Shown here piece after piece: positions 1-12,079 of a DNA stretch of 64,000 nt (positions are counted from its first letter, which is position 1; every line of letters starts with the position of its first letter). The notes under the pieces were generated by a model, which worked only from the letters and a program-made list of their open reading frames with translations, had not been told where the DNA came from and ran no database searches. The DNA comes from Eutreptiella sp. 'Long Island Sound 2002'. Taxonomy: Eukaryota > Protista > Euglenida. The position numbers and the translations under genes were made by a program. The stretch covers positions 22,754,001-22,818,000 of the forward strand of contig OZ038379.1 of NCBI GenBank assembly GCA_964036045.1, read 5' to 3'.

Positions 1-2339
1 ATGCCTCGGGGAAGTGGGGGGGGGGGGGGGGTCAATGGTCGGGTCTGATCGACTCAGTGTCCCCAAAAGGACACTTCTAGCCATGAGTCCATGCGTGTGA
101 TGGTGGCCTTGCATGTCCCTTGCTCTGCATATGCCCCAGCACCCTGCTCCCGGGCTCCTCTGGCTCTCTCATCAGCATCCACCTCCCGTGTGAGAATTGA
201 CGAAACCAGCTTTCCTTTGGAGCCATCCACCCAGCCGGCCTCACAACTGTTAGTCCTTCATCATCCCGCCACTCAGTACTCGGAACATGAGGACACCACT
301 ACGTCCGCACACAATCGTCATAGCTCTATGGTCGCCGCGCGCAACTCCGATGGACTATTGGTCTAACTCTAGTGTAGTGGCATGGGAAGACATGTCACCT
401 CTGCAGACGGCTTGTGCGGCTACGCACATCCCACATCCCCGTCCTCATGCAGACACTCCTGCACTTTGAGGACCCATTGCACAGAGAATGCAATGAGGAA
501 TGTGCAGGGGCATGTTCATGGACTCGTCCTACTTGACCAGAGCCGACATCTCTGCCCCGCTCACATCTGGACACGAACAGCTGCTCGCAGCATTTCCTTA
601 GCCTTGTGCCTTGCCATAGCCTCGTGCAACGGTGCAAAGCCAAGCATACGGTCCCGATCATATCAACAGAGGCTTGCCATTCCAGCGTTGTGTGACACAT
701 ATCACATCAGGGGTAGGGGAATGACCGCTGCCTGCGCAGGCCTGCGCTTGATGGGAGGGCGGCTGAAAGGGGGTCATGGGACGACGGCGGTGGCTGCTGT
801 TCAGCAAATTCTGGGTGTGACACAGTTTAAGGGCAACTGGAGAGCACAGAACCAGGGGGGGGGGGGGGGTTGACCGGCGCGCTAACGTTCCCCCAGAAGC
901 TGTTGCGGTGGAATTGACGGTCACCCCTCAGAGGGCGGGTACCCCTCCCCCCAGTCAAGCACCTGCTGCCTCTGCCTGACTTCAGCTTCGTTCTAGTGGC
1001 CACGTTCAGGCCACGGAATGGCTACAGCCACCATCCAGACACCAGAGAACTGTTTGAAATACTTGTGCCGATGAGATGATACAAAGCCACACCTTGTGCA
1101 CTCATATTCTACACTCTGATCACTGCACGGCGAAGCAGAACTTATGTACAGAAAATCCATTCCACCGGCCTGAAGGTGTCGATACTGCAAGAATCCGGGT
1201 TGTGCGAAAAAGGAGTTCAGCAGGAGGAGGCTGCTTTGGCGTGTTCCGAGATTAGAATGCGCTACACATGCAAAGTGGGCAATCTGTTCATCGAACTGGG
1301 CACGGACACACACGGTCACATACGCCAAAGCTAAATCACAGGTCACACCCAACCCCAAGTGGTTGGACTATTTGACAATGGCCTGGCAGCAAAAAGAGAA
1401 ACAGACATTTGGTGATGTTTGTCCTCGAAAGACTTTGTGGATATGCAGTTTGGCGCTTGGCAGCACTTGGCAGAGGCAGGTGCCCGCGTGCATGCAGGCC
1501 ATTCTTCCTCTGGGCTCTGACCGAGATGGGCAATACCGGTATTGTGGTGTTCCCCAGACATGGCTCAGACTCCCCACCGCACCTCAGCACGACGCTTGTC
1601 CTCCAAAAGCGGATGGCAGCACATGACACCCCACATGGATTCCATTGTAGCGCCACAAATATCGAATTGCGGACCGGAGCAGAGGCAGGTTACATGGCCC
1701 ATGCTTTCACGGCCACCAAGGTCATGAGCATGGACCCAGTGCCACCATGCAACTGAGTGTGCCTCAACCCTTCAGGCAGGGTGGCGGAGGAGTGTGAAGA
1801 GAGGATGAGCGGTGCCGTAAGGCTGATGGTTCACAATGACGCAGATTAAAGTGTCCTGTGCACTCCTCCTTCTCTTGAGCATTTCAATGGTCATGACTGG
1901 AAGCCTATTTGGATGGGCAACAGTGAAATTCAAGCCGTTTGTGTACCTGACTTAGTTTTGGTCCGCAGGGGCGCTTTGCCGGATTGGCAGGTGGCACCTT
2001 CACTCGCTGAGCCTATTGACGTCCAAACCGACAAGGAATGGCCGAGAAAGTAAGGGAGAGGGTCATGGGTGACCCATCCCGGTGCCCCCCCCTGCACCAC
2101 CCTGTAGAGCACGGCGCAACAGATTGGTGGCCACCTGCTCACATGCCTTCACCAGAGGCCCTCCCATGCTACCCTAGGACGGGGGCCGAACTCCTAGGGA
2201 GGTCTCATCAGGCGGGTCCCACTCCCGTCTTGCCCAGTGCTGAGACACCACCCTCCGCCTGCCCTGTCTATCATCAAGGTGGGGCACAGAGCGTCGGAAC
2301 ATAGCGACTGTGTCCAACCCCAACGACGTTGGGGAAGGA

Positions 2340-3100
2340 GGCCAAAGCGAACATTGGACGCGGTTGCCACAGAGATCTGACTCCCGGGGTCACAAAGTCT
2401 GGCTAAGTTCTGCAGACATTAGGGCCTCTGGTGGAGACCACACCATTGCAACACAGGAAACGCACGTCGGCTTGTGGCATCACAGACTGGGGCAGAACGC
2501 ACATGTAGGCCCCTTCAAGTGCCGACTGGCCACTCTGCTACGTCATTAGCAGATGATAGAAGGCACAAATCAAACGGAAACACGGAAAGCCGGACTCCTG
2601 CTGTTCGGAAAGATTCAGAAAAATTCGGAATCATTCCGAGTATTCGGAATTACGAGTTCGACTCTAATTCCGATTTCTTTCGGAAACAATCGGAAACAAT
2701 AGGCTCCGAAAGGCCACAACCCCTGCCGAGTGGTCCCTGCTGTTGATCTAACCCTAGATGCGTACCGTCCTGGGGGGGGGGGGCAGATGCTGCCTTCATG
2801 GTCTGCCAGACCGCATGTGAATATTGTATTTGGGCAACCTGGCGAACGAACACAGTGGGGCCTGGCGTCAGGAGTAGTCTGGCTTGACTGCGGCGTTGCC
2901 CCAGTCCACGACCCTGACCCTTATCCTGGGCTCCGTCGCCTGACTCCAACTCATTGCGTGCGCCAGGGGGGTGGGGGTTTGGCGTGCGGCACTGGCTTTG
3001 GGGTGCTCACTGACGGCGCGTGCCGGTGTTTCTTCCAGGAGAAAGCGCCCAAACCCTTTGCCTCCGATGATCTTCATCACAGGAGTTCGGCTCAAACAAG
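2340..3100 (+). pseudogene. Degenerate LINE APE-endonuclease fragment, interrupted by a tcggaa-rich repeat (2600-2710)
   Basis: TIATQETHVG motif; WGLASGVVW..DPDPYPG. Confidence 0.35.
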
Positions 3101-3227
3101 CCCCTGCCGATGGTCTATGGGTCCGAGAACGTGTCCACAGGGCCCCCTGAACCCGAGTGACACGCAAATCCATGAGGGCGGTCGCTGGGCCCCTTCACAC
3201 TCCTGCCCGAAATCGACAGGGGTGCGC

Positions 3228-3818
3228 CCCGGGGGGGCGACTACAACCGGTCCTGATGCGACCCACCCCCCAACTATCTTTCAAACCTCGGGGGGGGGGG
3301 GGGGCTGTTGGGGGGGGGGGTCCAGGTGGGGGTCGGGGGGGGGGGTGTTCCTCCCGGGGGTCGGGGGGGGGGGGTGTTCCTGCCGGGGGTCGGGGGGGGT
3401 CTGGCCGGGGGTCATGGGGGCGTCCAGCCAGGGATGAGGGGGGGGGGTTAAGGTTAGGGTTAGCCCTAGGGTTAGGGTTAGGGTTAGCCCTAGGGTTAGG
3501 GTTAGGGCTAGGGCTAGGGTTAGGGTCAGGGCTAGGGTTGTGGTTGCTGTTAGGGCCTGCAGCCCTCCTGTAGCCCTCCTTCAGGTCAAAATTTTTCTTG
3601 TTGTTTTAACACAAATATGAATTCTATACAAAATTTTGAGTATTTTGAGTATAAACACATAGTATAAAAAACAAATTGGCGCCTTTGGCGCCAGAGAGTT
3701 TTCTCTAGAGACACTTGTTGGTGGCCAACCCGGCACCACTATCTTTCAAAACCCCGGGGGGGGGGGGGGGGGCTGGGGGGGGTCGCATACAAGGACCAGG
3801 CCCGGCCGCCCCCCCGTG
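3228..3818. mobile_element. Non-autonomous TIR element (8-bp TSD) carrying a telomeric repeat array, copy 1
   Basis: TIR c(c/a)cgggggggcg / cgcccccccgtg; TSD gggtgcgc at 3220-3227 and 3819-3826; (TTAGGG)n at ~3448-3540. Confidence 0.85.
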
Positions 3819-6800
3819 GGGTGCGCACTCGTCCGCACGCTTGTAGCCTATTCCAGGCGGCCCACGGTCTCGTTTCGGGCCCAAAGCAGCACCGCATCGG
3901 AACCCGCCACCGTAAGACAGTGCATGCCAAAGCAAACTGTGGGTGGGGTCGGAAGAATGCACCCTCCCCCCCCCCCCCGCCCCACGCCCCCCGAAGGACG
4001 GCTCCCAGGAGAACAGGCACTCTCACGTGATGGCCCGCCTTGGGACCTGCCGCAAGTGATGCAAACCATTAATGAAGATATGCAACAGCAGTCAACGTCA
4101 AGGAATGGGTGTCCCAAGGGGGCGGGGGGCAGCGCATTGCAGCGCATCGGAGGAGAAGGGGGTGGGGGGGGGGGGGGTGGAGGGTCAGTGGTCTCGACAA
4201 ACTCCATCCACTGTCAGGGGGCGGTCACAATATCTCCTTCCCGATGACCCTCGGTGCTTCACCCCGTTTCGGCTGCATCAAGCGACCCCCAGTGCAGCCC
4301 CCAAAACACCCCTGGGCGATGCAGCGCGGGGTATCTGACAGTTGGACCTCAGCATCGGGGCGATCAGATGCGCAGTACAACTCCCATTCTTCGGTCCCGT
4401 TCGTGCGGTATCACTTCTTGTTGGGCAAGAGCTGCGTCGACGCAGCCCTGACTCGGTTGTTGTCCGGCAAACAAAAGTGCCCCTTGCACTGCTCCGGAAA
4501 CGCAGACATAGCAACACAGGCACGCAGGTGCCCGTCACCAAATGCTGTGCTTGGCAGGACCCGGCGCCTGCGCGGCGTGCACAACACCTGCACTGACCTG
4601 CAGCAGGCCTCGGTGCACTCTCCGTGTGCAGAGCCTCGGCTCGGTACACAATCTGCCCATCAGCCCACTTCAGCCCGGCGGTAGTGTTGTGCGCCACGCC
4701 CCGCGGGAATTTTCAAAAGACGGGAATCGCCCCCGAAACTGAATTGGCCGTGGCACTTTCCACCGATTGTGGGGGTACGCACACAAGAAATGGTGATGGC
4801 AAAATGGGATGTTCGTGGTCAAGGTGCACGCAATACATGCACCGACGGCACACGACGGAGGAGAAGTGCCGATCAGCACACCTCAGGCACAAACCCAGCG
4901 CCTACCACACATCCATATCTCGTCACAGTCGCGCAACGGAACAGAACTGCAACGGACGACATCGCCTCGTTGAGAGCGCGAGTGCCTCGGCTGTCGTGCC
5001 AAGCAGGGCTGCCCGCACATTTTGACAGGGGCAGAGGCGATTCTGTGCTGCTCCCACATCGTTTGCCCGCGGTGCTCGCCGACACCGAGTGCTCGATGGG
5101 CATCTCAGTGGCTTGATGACCTCCCTTTTCTCTTCAACAAGGCAATCAGGCACCGTAGCTCAGAACACGAGATTTCCGCCGGGTGGTCACTCGCTTACCA
5201 CCGTGGTGACGGCAGGACTGCTGCGTGTCCAGGTGGCCCTATGTGGCAGAATCACTGCGGGCCTCACTCACGCCGCATACCCGCTCTGCCAGGGCCCTAC
5301 TCCCTGCGTCGACTGACGCAACTTCGCGCGCCATATAGACACCATTCATTCCCACAGGGTGCGCCACAGGCCCGCATTGTATTCTGTGCACCGCCTGTGC
5401 CGCACTGAACCAGCAGGTAGGCCGTGTGCACAGACTGACAAGCGGAGAAATTGAGAGACATGCGTCTGGCGTACGATGGAGGGGAATAGGGACCGGGGAA
5501 AATCTTATCACTTACATGGCTGTGGCTTGTGGGGGCAGTTTGAAACAACACCCTGGCAAATGTGGCGGACATGCAGAGACTGTGGCCGTCCTTGTGTTCG
5601 AGCAGCGTAAAGACTGTGGCCGTTGCCAGCTGCCGAAGCATTATTACATGTGCGACGGCTCACTCCAGAGACGCTGCCCTGAATCCCTCAGTTACAACAC
5701 AGGCATCAGAAGTCGAGCACCTAGCACCAGGGGTTGACTGGTTGTTTTGGCAGTCCACAGTGTACCCTAACCCTAATCTGTACCTTCAGACACCCTGTGC
5801 TATCCCCCATCCGTACTACCTGGTGCTGAGGGATACATGGGGGACATTATGGGGTGGGCAGGCCTGCAGATATCACGTGCTTTGTGGGGATATGGTCAGA
5901 CATGGCAGGGAGTATGGCAGGGAGCAGGCAGTGCTGAGAGGCGTCTCCTGCTGGCAGTCGAGATATCGCCAGGTAGCAATCCCATACCTCTGCGCGGTCT
6001 GGAGATCTCCCCGGGCACCCGGGTGGAGGTGACAGCCCCCCTCCCCCCATCCTGCCCTCCCTGGGGGGCGAAGTGTTGAATACGGGAGGAGCCCCGTTTC
6101 CAGACGCCCGCGCGTTGGGCAGGGACTCTGACTAAAATCGAGTGCTGAAGGTCTCGCTGAAGGGCAGAGACCGGGGAGCTCTCCTGACCCCCGGTGTGAC
6201 TGCCCCAACTACTACTAACCAAACCCACTGTGCCACAGCCCCCTGCCAGCCCCTTGTACCACAGCACAATTACTACCCGAACCCCTTGTACATCTGCCCT
6301 GTACCACTACGCTAGCCCCTTGTACCACAACAGGAATTGCTTGAAGGTGAAGTTGCCGTCCGGGCTCCGCTCAAGCCCTGCCAAAAGGAGTTCCATGTTC
6401 AAGGGAGAGAAGTCCCAGCCCACGCTCCGCAGCAGATCAAAGACTTTATCGGGGACCAGGAAGCCCTTGCCCTGAGAAAACACAAGCGAATGATGAGGAA
6501 AGCGCTGACCCCGCCACACAATAAAGCGGTTGGGTGGCGGGGGCAGCCTGAGCCGACTGCCAACAGAAGCCAAATACCTTTCATTTAACTGCCAACCACC
6601 GTCCATGGATTGCCAACCGCCAGCGATCCACCAGCGATCGCCAACTCGAGCCCCTTGGCTCTCCTCAACCACGAACATTTCTTGTCCCTGAACGAAGACC
6701 CTGCGAGTGGCCAGCAGCAGCAACCATCATGGGATCCATGGGCCCATGTACCTGGACTCTGAAGTGGGATTCATCGCACTTCCATTCACGTAGACGGACA

Positions 6801-6892
6801 TTGTACTCCCTCCCCGAGAAAACGGAAGCTGCACTGGTGCATCACAGTCAAGGAGACGTGCGGGGCAGGCGCTGAGGAGGGGGGGGGGGGGA

Positions 6893-7216
6893 GGTTGGCA
6901 CAAGGCCTCGGTATCAGATTGTTTGCCTTTGGTGGCGCCTATTGGCCTCTCGCCACTGCTCATTCTGACCCTCTGTGGGCCCGAACGTGTTTTGGTTGTG
7001 TCAATGGAGCCCCTGGATGACTTGTCCTGTTTGACTACTCCAGGGTCGGCTGTCCCGGAGACGGGCCGTTGCCCGTGCCGTTGACCAGCTGCATCCAGAT
7101 ACACACTCTGAGTCCATGCTGGGTATGCCGACTTCAGCACTGACTTGTGCGCGCTGGGGTGTGCATCTGCAGGACAATTTTCCTGACAGGGGCTTCTAAC
7201 AACCACAACAATTCTT
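6893..7216. repeat. ~320-bp dispersed SINE-like repeat, copy 1
   Basis: Near-identical to 16590-16913; preceded by poly-G; AAC-rich end. Confidence 0.85.
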
Positions 7217-7653
7217 TCCCTTTTTTCTGTTCCTTCTCCTCCTTCTGCGCTCTGCACCGTTTTCGGCGAGCGCAGTCTGCCCTGTCCTGTTATCTCCCCT
7301 TGTTCGGCCCTTTCCCCCGGCCCAGTTTCTTCTCCACCCTCTCTATTCTTTCTGCCCTGAGGGGCCTTGGGTGGCGGGCGAGCATGTTGCTGTAGGGAGG
7401 TAGAGGAGGGGGCGGGGGAGGGGGAGTGGGAGTGGGTTCGTCACATTGAGGAGGGAGATCCTGCTCAAGGGGGCTTCTTGTTGGTGTCGGTGTGCTTGGT
7501 GTGGGTGGTTTTGGCCACTTGCTTCTGCTGGCCCACATATCCCAGTCTGTCCTGGGCGTAGTTGCATGCTGTTTGATGGCATGATGGCCTTAGCTGGCGC
7601 GGCGGTGGTAGACCATGCACGTAGGGCCCGCTGTCAGTCTAAGGGTTCGGGAC

Positions 7654-8220
7654 CAGGCTTCGTTTATAAGAGGGGGGGGGGCGGTATTTTGGACAAGACC
7701 CACCCACCCAACTTTGGACCCACCCACCCGACTTTTGACCCACCCAGACCCCCCCCCCCCCTCTTATAATTCTGTGGGGAGCATTTTTTGTGAACCACAT
7801 TGAAGCCAAGGCGCTCTCCCGGGTTCGGCATCCCCAAAGGGTGACACACCAAAAACTTCACAATACCAGGGTTCGAAGCAGGGATCTTTGAAATTGCAGT
7901 CAAGGTCCTTGACAACTGGGCTACCAACCAGCTCTGACAGATCTGTGCAACAAAGGGTCCACAGGTTTAACATGTTATCAAAAAAAGTCCGCCATGTGAA
8001 AAATTGCCACCTGCACACCTGCCACCTGCACAACGACACAACAGAAAGGGGCACCAGCAAACAGCCAGACAAGGCTCCTGTGACCAAAGAAAGAAGGTGT
8101 GGCAGGAGCCTAACCCAGGAAACCCTCGGAATTATAAGAGGGGGGGGGGGGTCCAGAGCTTTAGACCCCCCCACCCAGACCCCCCCCCCATTGCAACTTA
8201 ATTCTTATAAACGAAGCCTG
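7654..8220. mobile_element. hAT-like non-autonomous element with nested inverted modules and ~360-bp cargo
   Basis: 17-bp perfect TIR caggcttcgtttataag; flanks ttcgggac / tttgggac (7 of 8 match). Confidence 0.7.
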
Positions 8221-8959
8221 TTTGGGACCGGGGCTAGTTCGCCTTTGTACGCGTCCCCTCAGTTGGGAAGAGGGAGGAGTCCACGCCCCCCCCCCCTTCC
8301 CTGAAAAGTGTCTGTTGGTTCATCACCCAGGGCCCGTGGTGCCCCAAGCGTCTTTTCTGGACTGTCTTTTGCTGTCCTGGGCTGCCCTCTATTGTTGTTG
8401 CGTGGGTGAGTGCGTTCTGCCATTGTCAGTGTGGGTGTTGTTGCGGCGTTGGCAGAGCTGTAGGTGTGGTGCGGTGGGGGCCGGGGGGGGGGGGGGTCCA
8501 TTCTGAGTGGTGCCAGCGTTGCTGCTGGTGATGTGGTTTTTAGTGGCACTGGCAACCAAATCAGTCTCAATCTCCGAGTCCCAACGGGGCTGCGTCCGCC
8601 ATCGGTGACCCTATCCCTCAGTTGCCGGATCAACTATGGTTTGGTCGCCGCCAACATTAGTGCCTTGCCACTCTCTCATCTCCCCCACATCCCCATGCCC
8701 TTGTGTGTTTGTTGTGGTGTGTGGTATTCCGTGTTGTTGTGTGTGTTAGTGTCCATGCGTTCGCAACCACAGTTCTGCTGCTATGATGTTTGCGTGGTTT
8801 AGTTGGTCCATGAGTCTCACTGGGTCGTCCACTATGAAGTGTATCCCTTCTCCCACAATAAACACTTCAGGTGCTCATATCCTTTCCTCCGGTCACGGGG
8901 GCTGCCGCTAGCGAATGTGTGACCCCGAGGGGTGTGCAACCGTTTGGGGGTTGTATGGG

Positions 8960-9420
8960 GGGGGGGGGGGGGGAACCCTTGGTTGACCCAAACCTTGGGG
9001 GTCGGCGGGTCAGGCGGTCAGCCGCCGGGCTCCTGGGGGGGGGGGGGGGTCAGGGGGTACCCCAACATACGTACCTCAAAATGATCCCCTCGACATGCTA
9101 ATCATTTTGAATATACACAACTGGGGTAAAAATTTAAAAAAAATTGCCCATCAAGTAGGGCTCCCATGAGCCAAGGTCCAACCCGGAGGTCGGGTCAGGG
9201 TCAAAATCCTTTTTTGTATTTTTCATCCATTTTTGAATTCTCTGCGAAATTCTGAGTATAGACACAGAGGGTCAAACAAAAACATTTCCCCCTGCCATAG
9301 GCCTAAAACAAAATCTCCGGCGCCTTCGGCACCCACAAAACCCATTGTTCCGTACAACCATTTTGGGGTGTGTAGAGGGGTGGGGGGGGGGGGTCCTGAC
9401 CAAGAGCACCCCCCGTGCCT
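8960..9420. repeat. G-tract-bounded dispersed repeat inserted into the LINE endonuclease region
   Basis: gggtaccccaac..tacctcaaaatg..tcattttgaa is shared with 21410-21470; endonuclease-like coding resumes on both sides. Confidence 0.55.
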
Positions 9421-9914
9421 CCGGTACCCACACACAGCCTGCCACTGCCTGCACCACCTAGACTTTGTCTGGTCCTAGGAGGTACTTTCATGTTCCTCCA
9501 TTCGGGGAGTCTCCTTTCCACCCCCATCTCGTGTGTTCCTCAATATGCGGTCCCCTTGTAGCCTCAGTAGGTCTGTTGTGTACCCCCTCAATTTCTCTCC
9601 AAAAAGCAGTGGTCTGGTCGTATTTGTGTTGTATCCCTGTGGTGGCGGCGCGCCTGCCGGCTGCGGCTCTGCCCGTCAACTTTTTCTTGTTCCCCACACC
9701 CACGAACTCCATGTTTGTTCTGCCCCTTGGCCCCCTCTGTCTTCTTCTTTGCTTTGTCGCTGGGCCCGCTGTGGGGTCTCTCTGTGCGGCTCATTTTGTC
9801 CGCGGCAATTCGATCTGAAGCATGTCGGGTTGAACTGAAAGTTTGTGTGGTGTGGTTGTGGGGCTGGTGGGTTGTTCCCTCCGTGCCCAGCTGGTGTCCC
9901 TGTACTCCTCCGGT

Positions 9915-10275
9915 TCTCATATGCTCGGTTCAACCGCTTGAACAAGTCTATTGCTTTCTCCTTGTTGTTCTTGTTTTTGTCTGGGTGGAGTCTGAGAACC
10001 ATCTTCTTGTGTGCCGCCTTGCCTTCCTCCTTGGTTGCCCCTGGTGTGACCCCTAACTGGGCCTGCAGTCCGACCTCTGCAAAATCCGGTGGTAGGACTT
10101 CTACCAGCTCCACCTCCATGTTGATTGTCGGCTTCCGTTTGTTCACCCATACTCGCCTCTCTCCTCCCACCAGTAGTACTTGGGCCTTTCCATCCTCCAC
10201 TTCTTCAATTATTCCCCTACACCCCTCCAAGTCCCCTTGTTTCATTCCAACCAATTGCACTCCATGGCCCACCTC
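9915..10275 (-). pseudogene. KOW/SH3-like segment followed by DnaJ J-domain
   Basis: LGVTPGATKEEGKAAHKKMVLRLHPDK...FKRLNRAY. Confidence 0.85.
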
Positions 10276-11299
10276 TAGGTCCCCCCCACCTGTGCCCTGT
10301 GATTTGCGCCCACCGTTGTTTCCCTTGCTGCTGCACCTGCCTTCCTTGGCTGCTTTTCGTTGTCCTGTTCCCTTCCCTCTCATGCTCTTGTTTCGGTGGT
10401 CTTTTCCTTACTCTAATGGGGCTTCCTCTAAACTCTTCTCGCAAATGTTGCTCCTCTCCTGCCCTGTCCCTGCGATCACGCACTAGGCGGTGGACGAAAT
10501 CAGCTTCTTCTTCCCTGGGGCCGTGGTCTTGTCTTTTTGTTGTTCCTTCACCTCTTTCACTCGCTTCATTGTGGTCTTCTCCTACCGACACCGTTGTCGT
10601 TGCTTGTCTATCTCCTCCGACCGTTTTTACACCTGTGCTTTCTTGCACTTACACTGGAACTCCCGCTTCTCCCTCAGCACCTTCAAAGCCCAGGCAGTTG
10701 TGTACCCTGCACACTGCAGATGGACCCAGTGTCCCTGGCCAAACTGTACCGCCCAAACTGTACCGCCCGTTGGCCCTTCCGCACTGGTCTGTTGCACAGC
10801 CCACACGTGTGCTTGGGCCCTGCCCATCCTACCTTCCCTTTCTTTTTCTGAGACCAATGCTCTGGTCCCAGGGTAGAGGCCATCCCTACAAACAGTGTGT
10901 CTGTCTCTTGATCTGTGGAGTTTGTTGTCTCCTGAACTGAGGAGTCTGCTGTCTCTTGATATGTGGAGTCTGCTGTGTCTGCTGACGTCCTATCCTCTGC
11001 GTGGGGTTCCCTCTTCCACTCTCCCTGATCACCCTTCTCCCCTCTCACTGTTTCACTAGTGGTGTGCTCCGCTGCTCTGCCTTTTGGTTCCTCTGTACAT
11101 TGACTGTTGGGGCTCTCTTTTGCCCTCAAACTGTGGTCCTCGTCCTCTATATCTTCTCCTATCCCTTGCTACGACACTCCCCCTTGTTGCATCCACCATT
11201 TAACTGGTAACTGGATGTGGTTGGCCATCCTCCCAAACTCCCTCCAGGTGTCGGTGGTGGTCATGGGGGACCCCCGGTGCCCTTCGTGCCCTTGCAGCA

Positions 11300-11770
11300 C
11301 ACCTTGCTACTGCCTCTTGTCCCTCCCGGGTCAGCTTATAGGCTTTCAGGGCGCTGACCACCCCACAGCCCCCTCTACTGATCCAGCTCTGGACCATGGC
11401 TGTTGGTGCCCTTCCCTCTAGGAGGATAGACCTCAAGAGTATCCCCAGCGTGTTTGTGGAACAGACGTCTTGTGCCGAGAGCAGTGGCACGTGATTTGGG
11501 TGTGTGTGCACCCAACCCAACGACCAACCTCCCATGGCCCTTCCCCACCGAATCGCCCCCTGTAGCTCGCACTCTCCGACCACGCACTCTGTTTTTGCCT
11601 GCTGCTCATGCGGGGGGATTGTGAGTCCTTCCACCTTTACTCCCGTAGCTGTTTTGTCCTCCCACAACAACCCCATGGTTTCGTTTCTCTGTGCTGCCCG
11701 GGCTGTGACTGCCATGGTCCACTGGCGGAGGAGGTCCTCATGCATTTCCACTACACACTCCTTCTGGTCC
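11300..11770 (-). pseudogene. JAB/MPN+ (AMSH-like) metalloprotease domain
   Basis: E...H-x-H-x7-S-x2-D JAMM motif: WVHTHPNHVPLLSAQD. Confidence 0.8.
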
Positions 11771-11950
11771 TCCCTGGTTCCTGCTGTCCCCTTTGGGCCG
11801 TTTCTGTTTCTGGGGTTGTGTGTTCTGCCCGCGTTTGCTCTCCTCCTTCCTCTTTGTCCCGTTGCGACTGGCCTTGGTCTTTCTGGTTCTCTTGATCTCC
11901 GTGCCCTCCACGGGGAGGGGGGAGGCGGGGAAGCGGGGGCAGCTGGCCAC

Positions 11951-12079
11951 CTGCGGGTCCTGCTTGTTGAAGGCCTTGGCCAATTTGTTGAACTCTGAGG
12001 ATGTAAGGCCCAGCATCGAGAGGTCCTCCGAAGGGGCGGTGTTGGGGATGGGCAGCAGATCCCGGACAAAATTGGAGAC
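11951..12079 (-). CDS. Alpha-kinase post-kinase exon
   Basis: VSNFVRDLLPIPNTAPSEDLSMLGLTSSEFNKLAKAFNKQDPQ; cattcag / gtggcc. Confidence 0.7.

Larger units (their letters stand above)
8300..11910 (-). mobile_element. Decayed non-LTR retrotransposon 5' part: JAB/MPN - PHD-like - KOW-like - DnaJ - APE endonuclease
   Basis: ETMGLL...LGWVHTHPNHVPLLSAQD (JAMM); CGLC..HLQC..CKC; VGHGVQLVGMKQGDLEGCRGII; LHPDKNKNNKEKAIDLFKRLNRAY; TW(N)VRG and VGGD endonuclease motifs; intronless with frameshifts. Confidence 0.7.

Noticed and set aside
91-470. hAT transposase remnant (PMDYWSN)
   Set aside because: A single short motif; insufficient evidence
3448-3540. True chromosome end
   Set aside because: The array is short, degenerate, internal and enclosed by TIR/TSD
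7850-7942. Next alpha-kinase exon (degenerate EF-hand-like)
   Set aside because: It lies inside the cargo of a TIR element and the motif is weak; left unassigned
9248-9270. Spliced-leader RNA-like motif (ttctgagt)
   Set aside because: Only a short match inside a dispersed repeat; no SL exon/donor context
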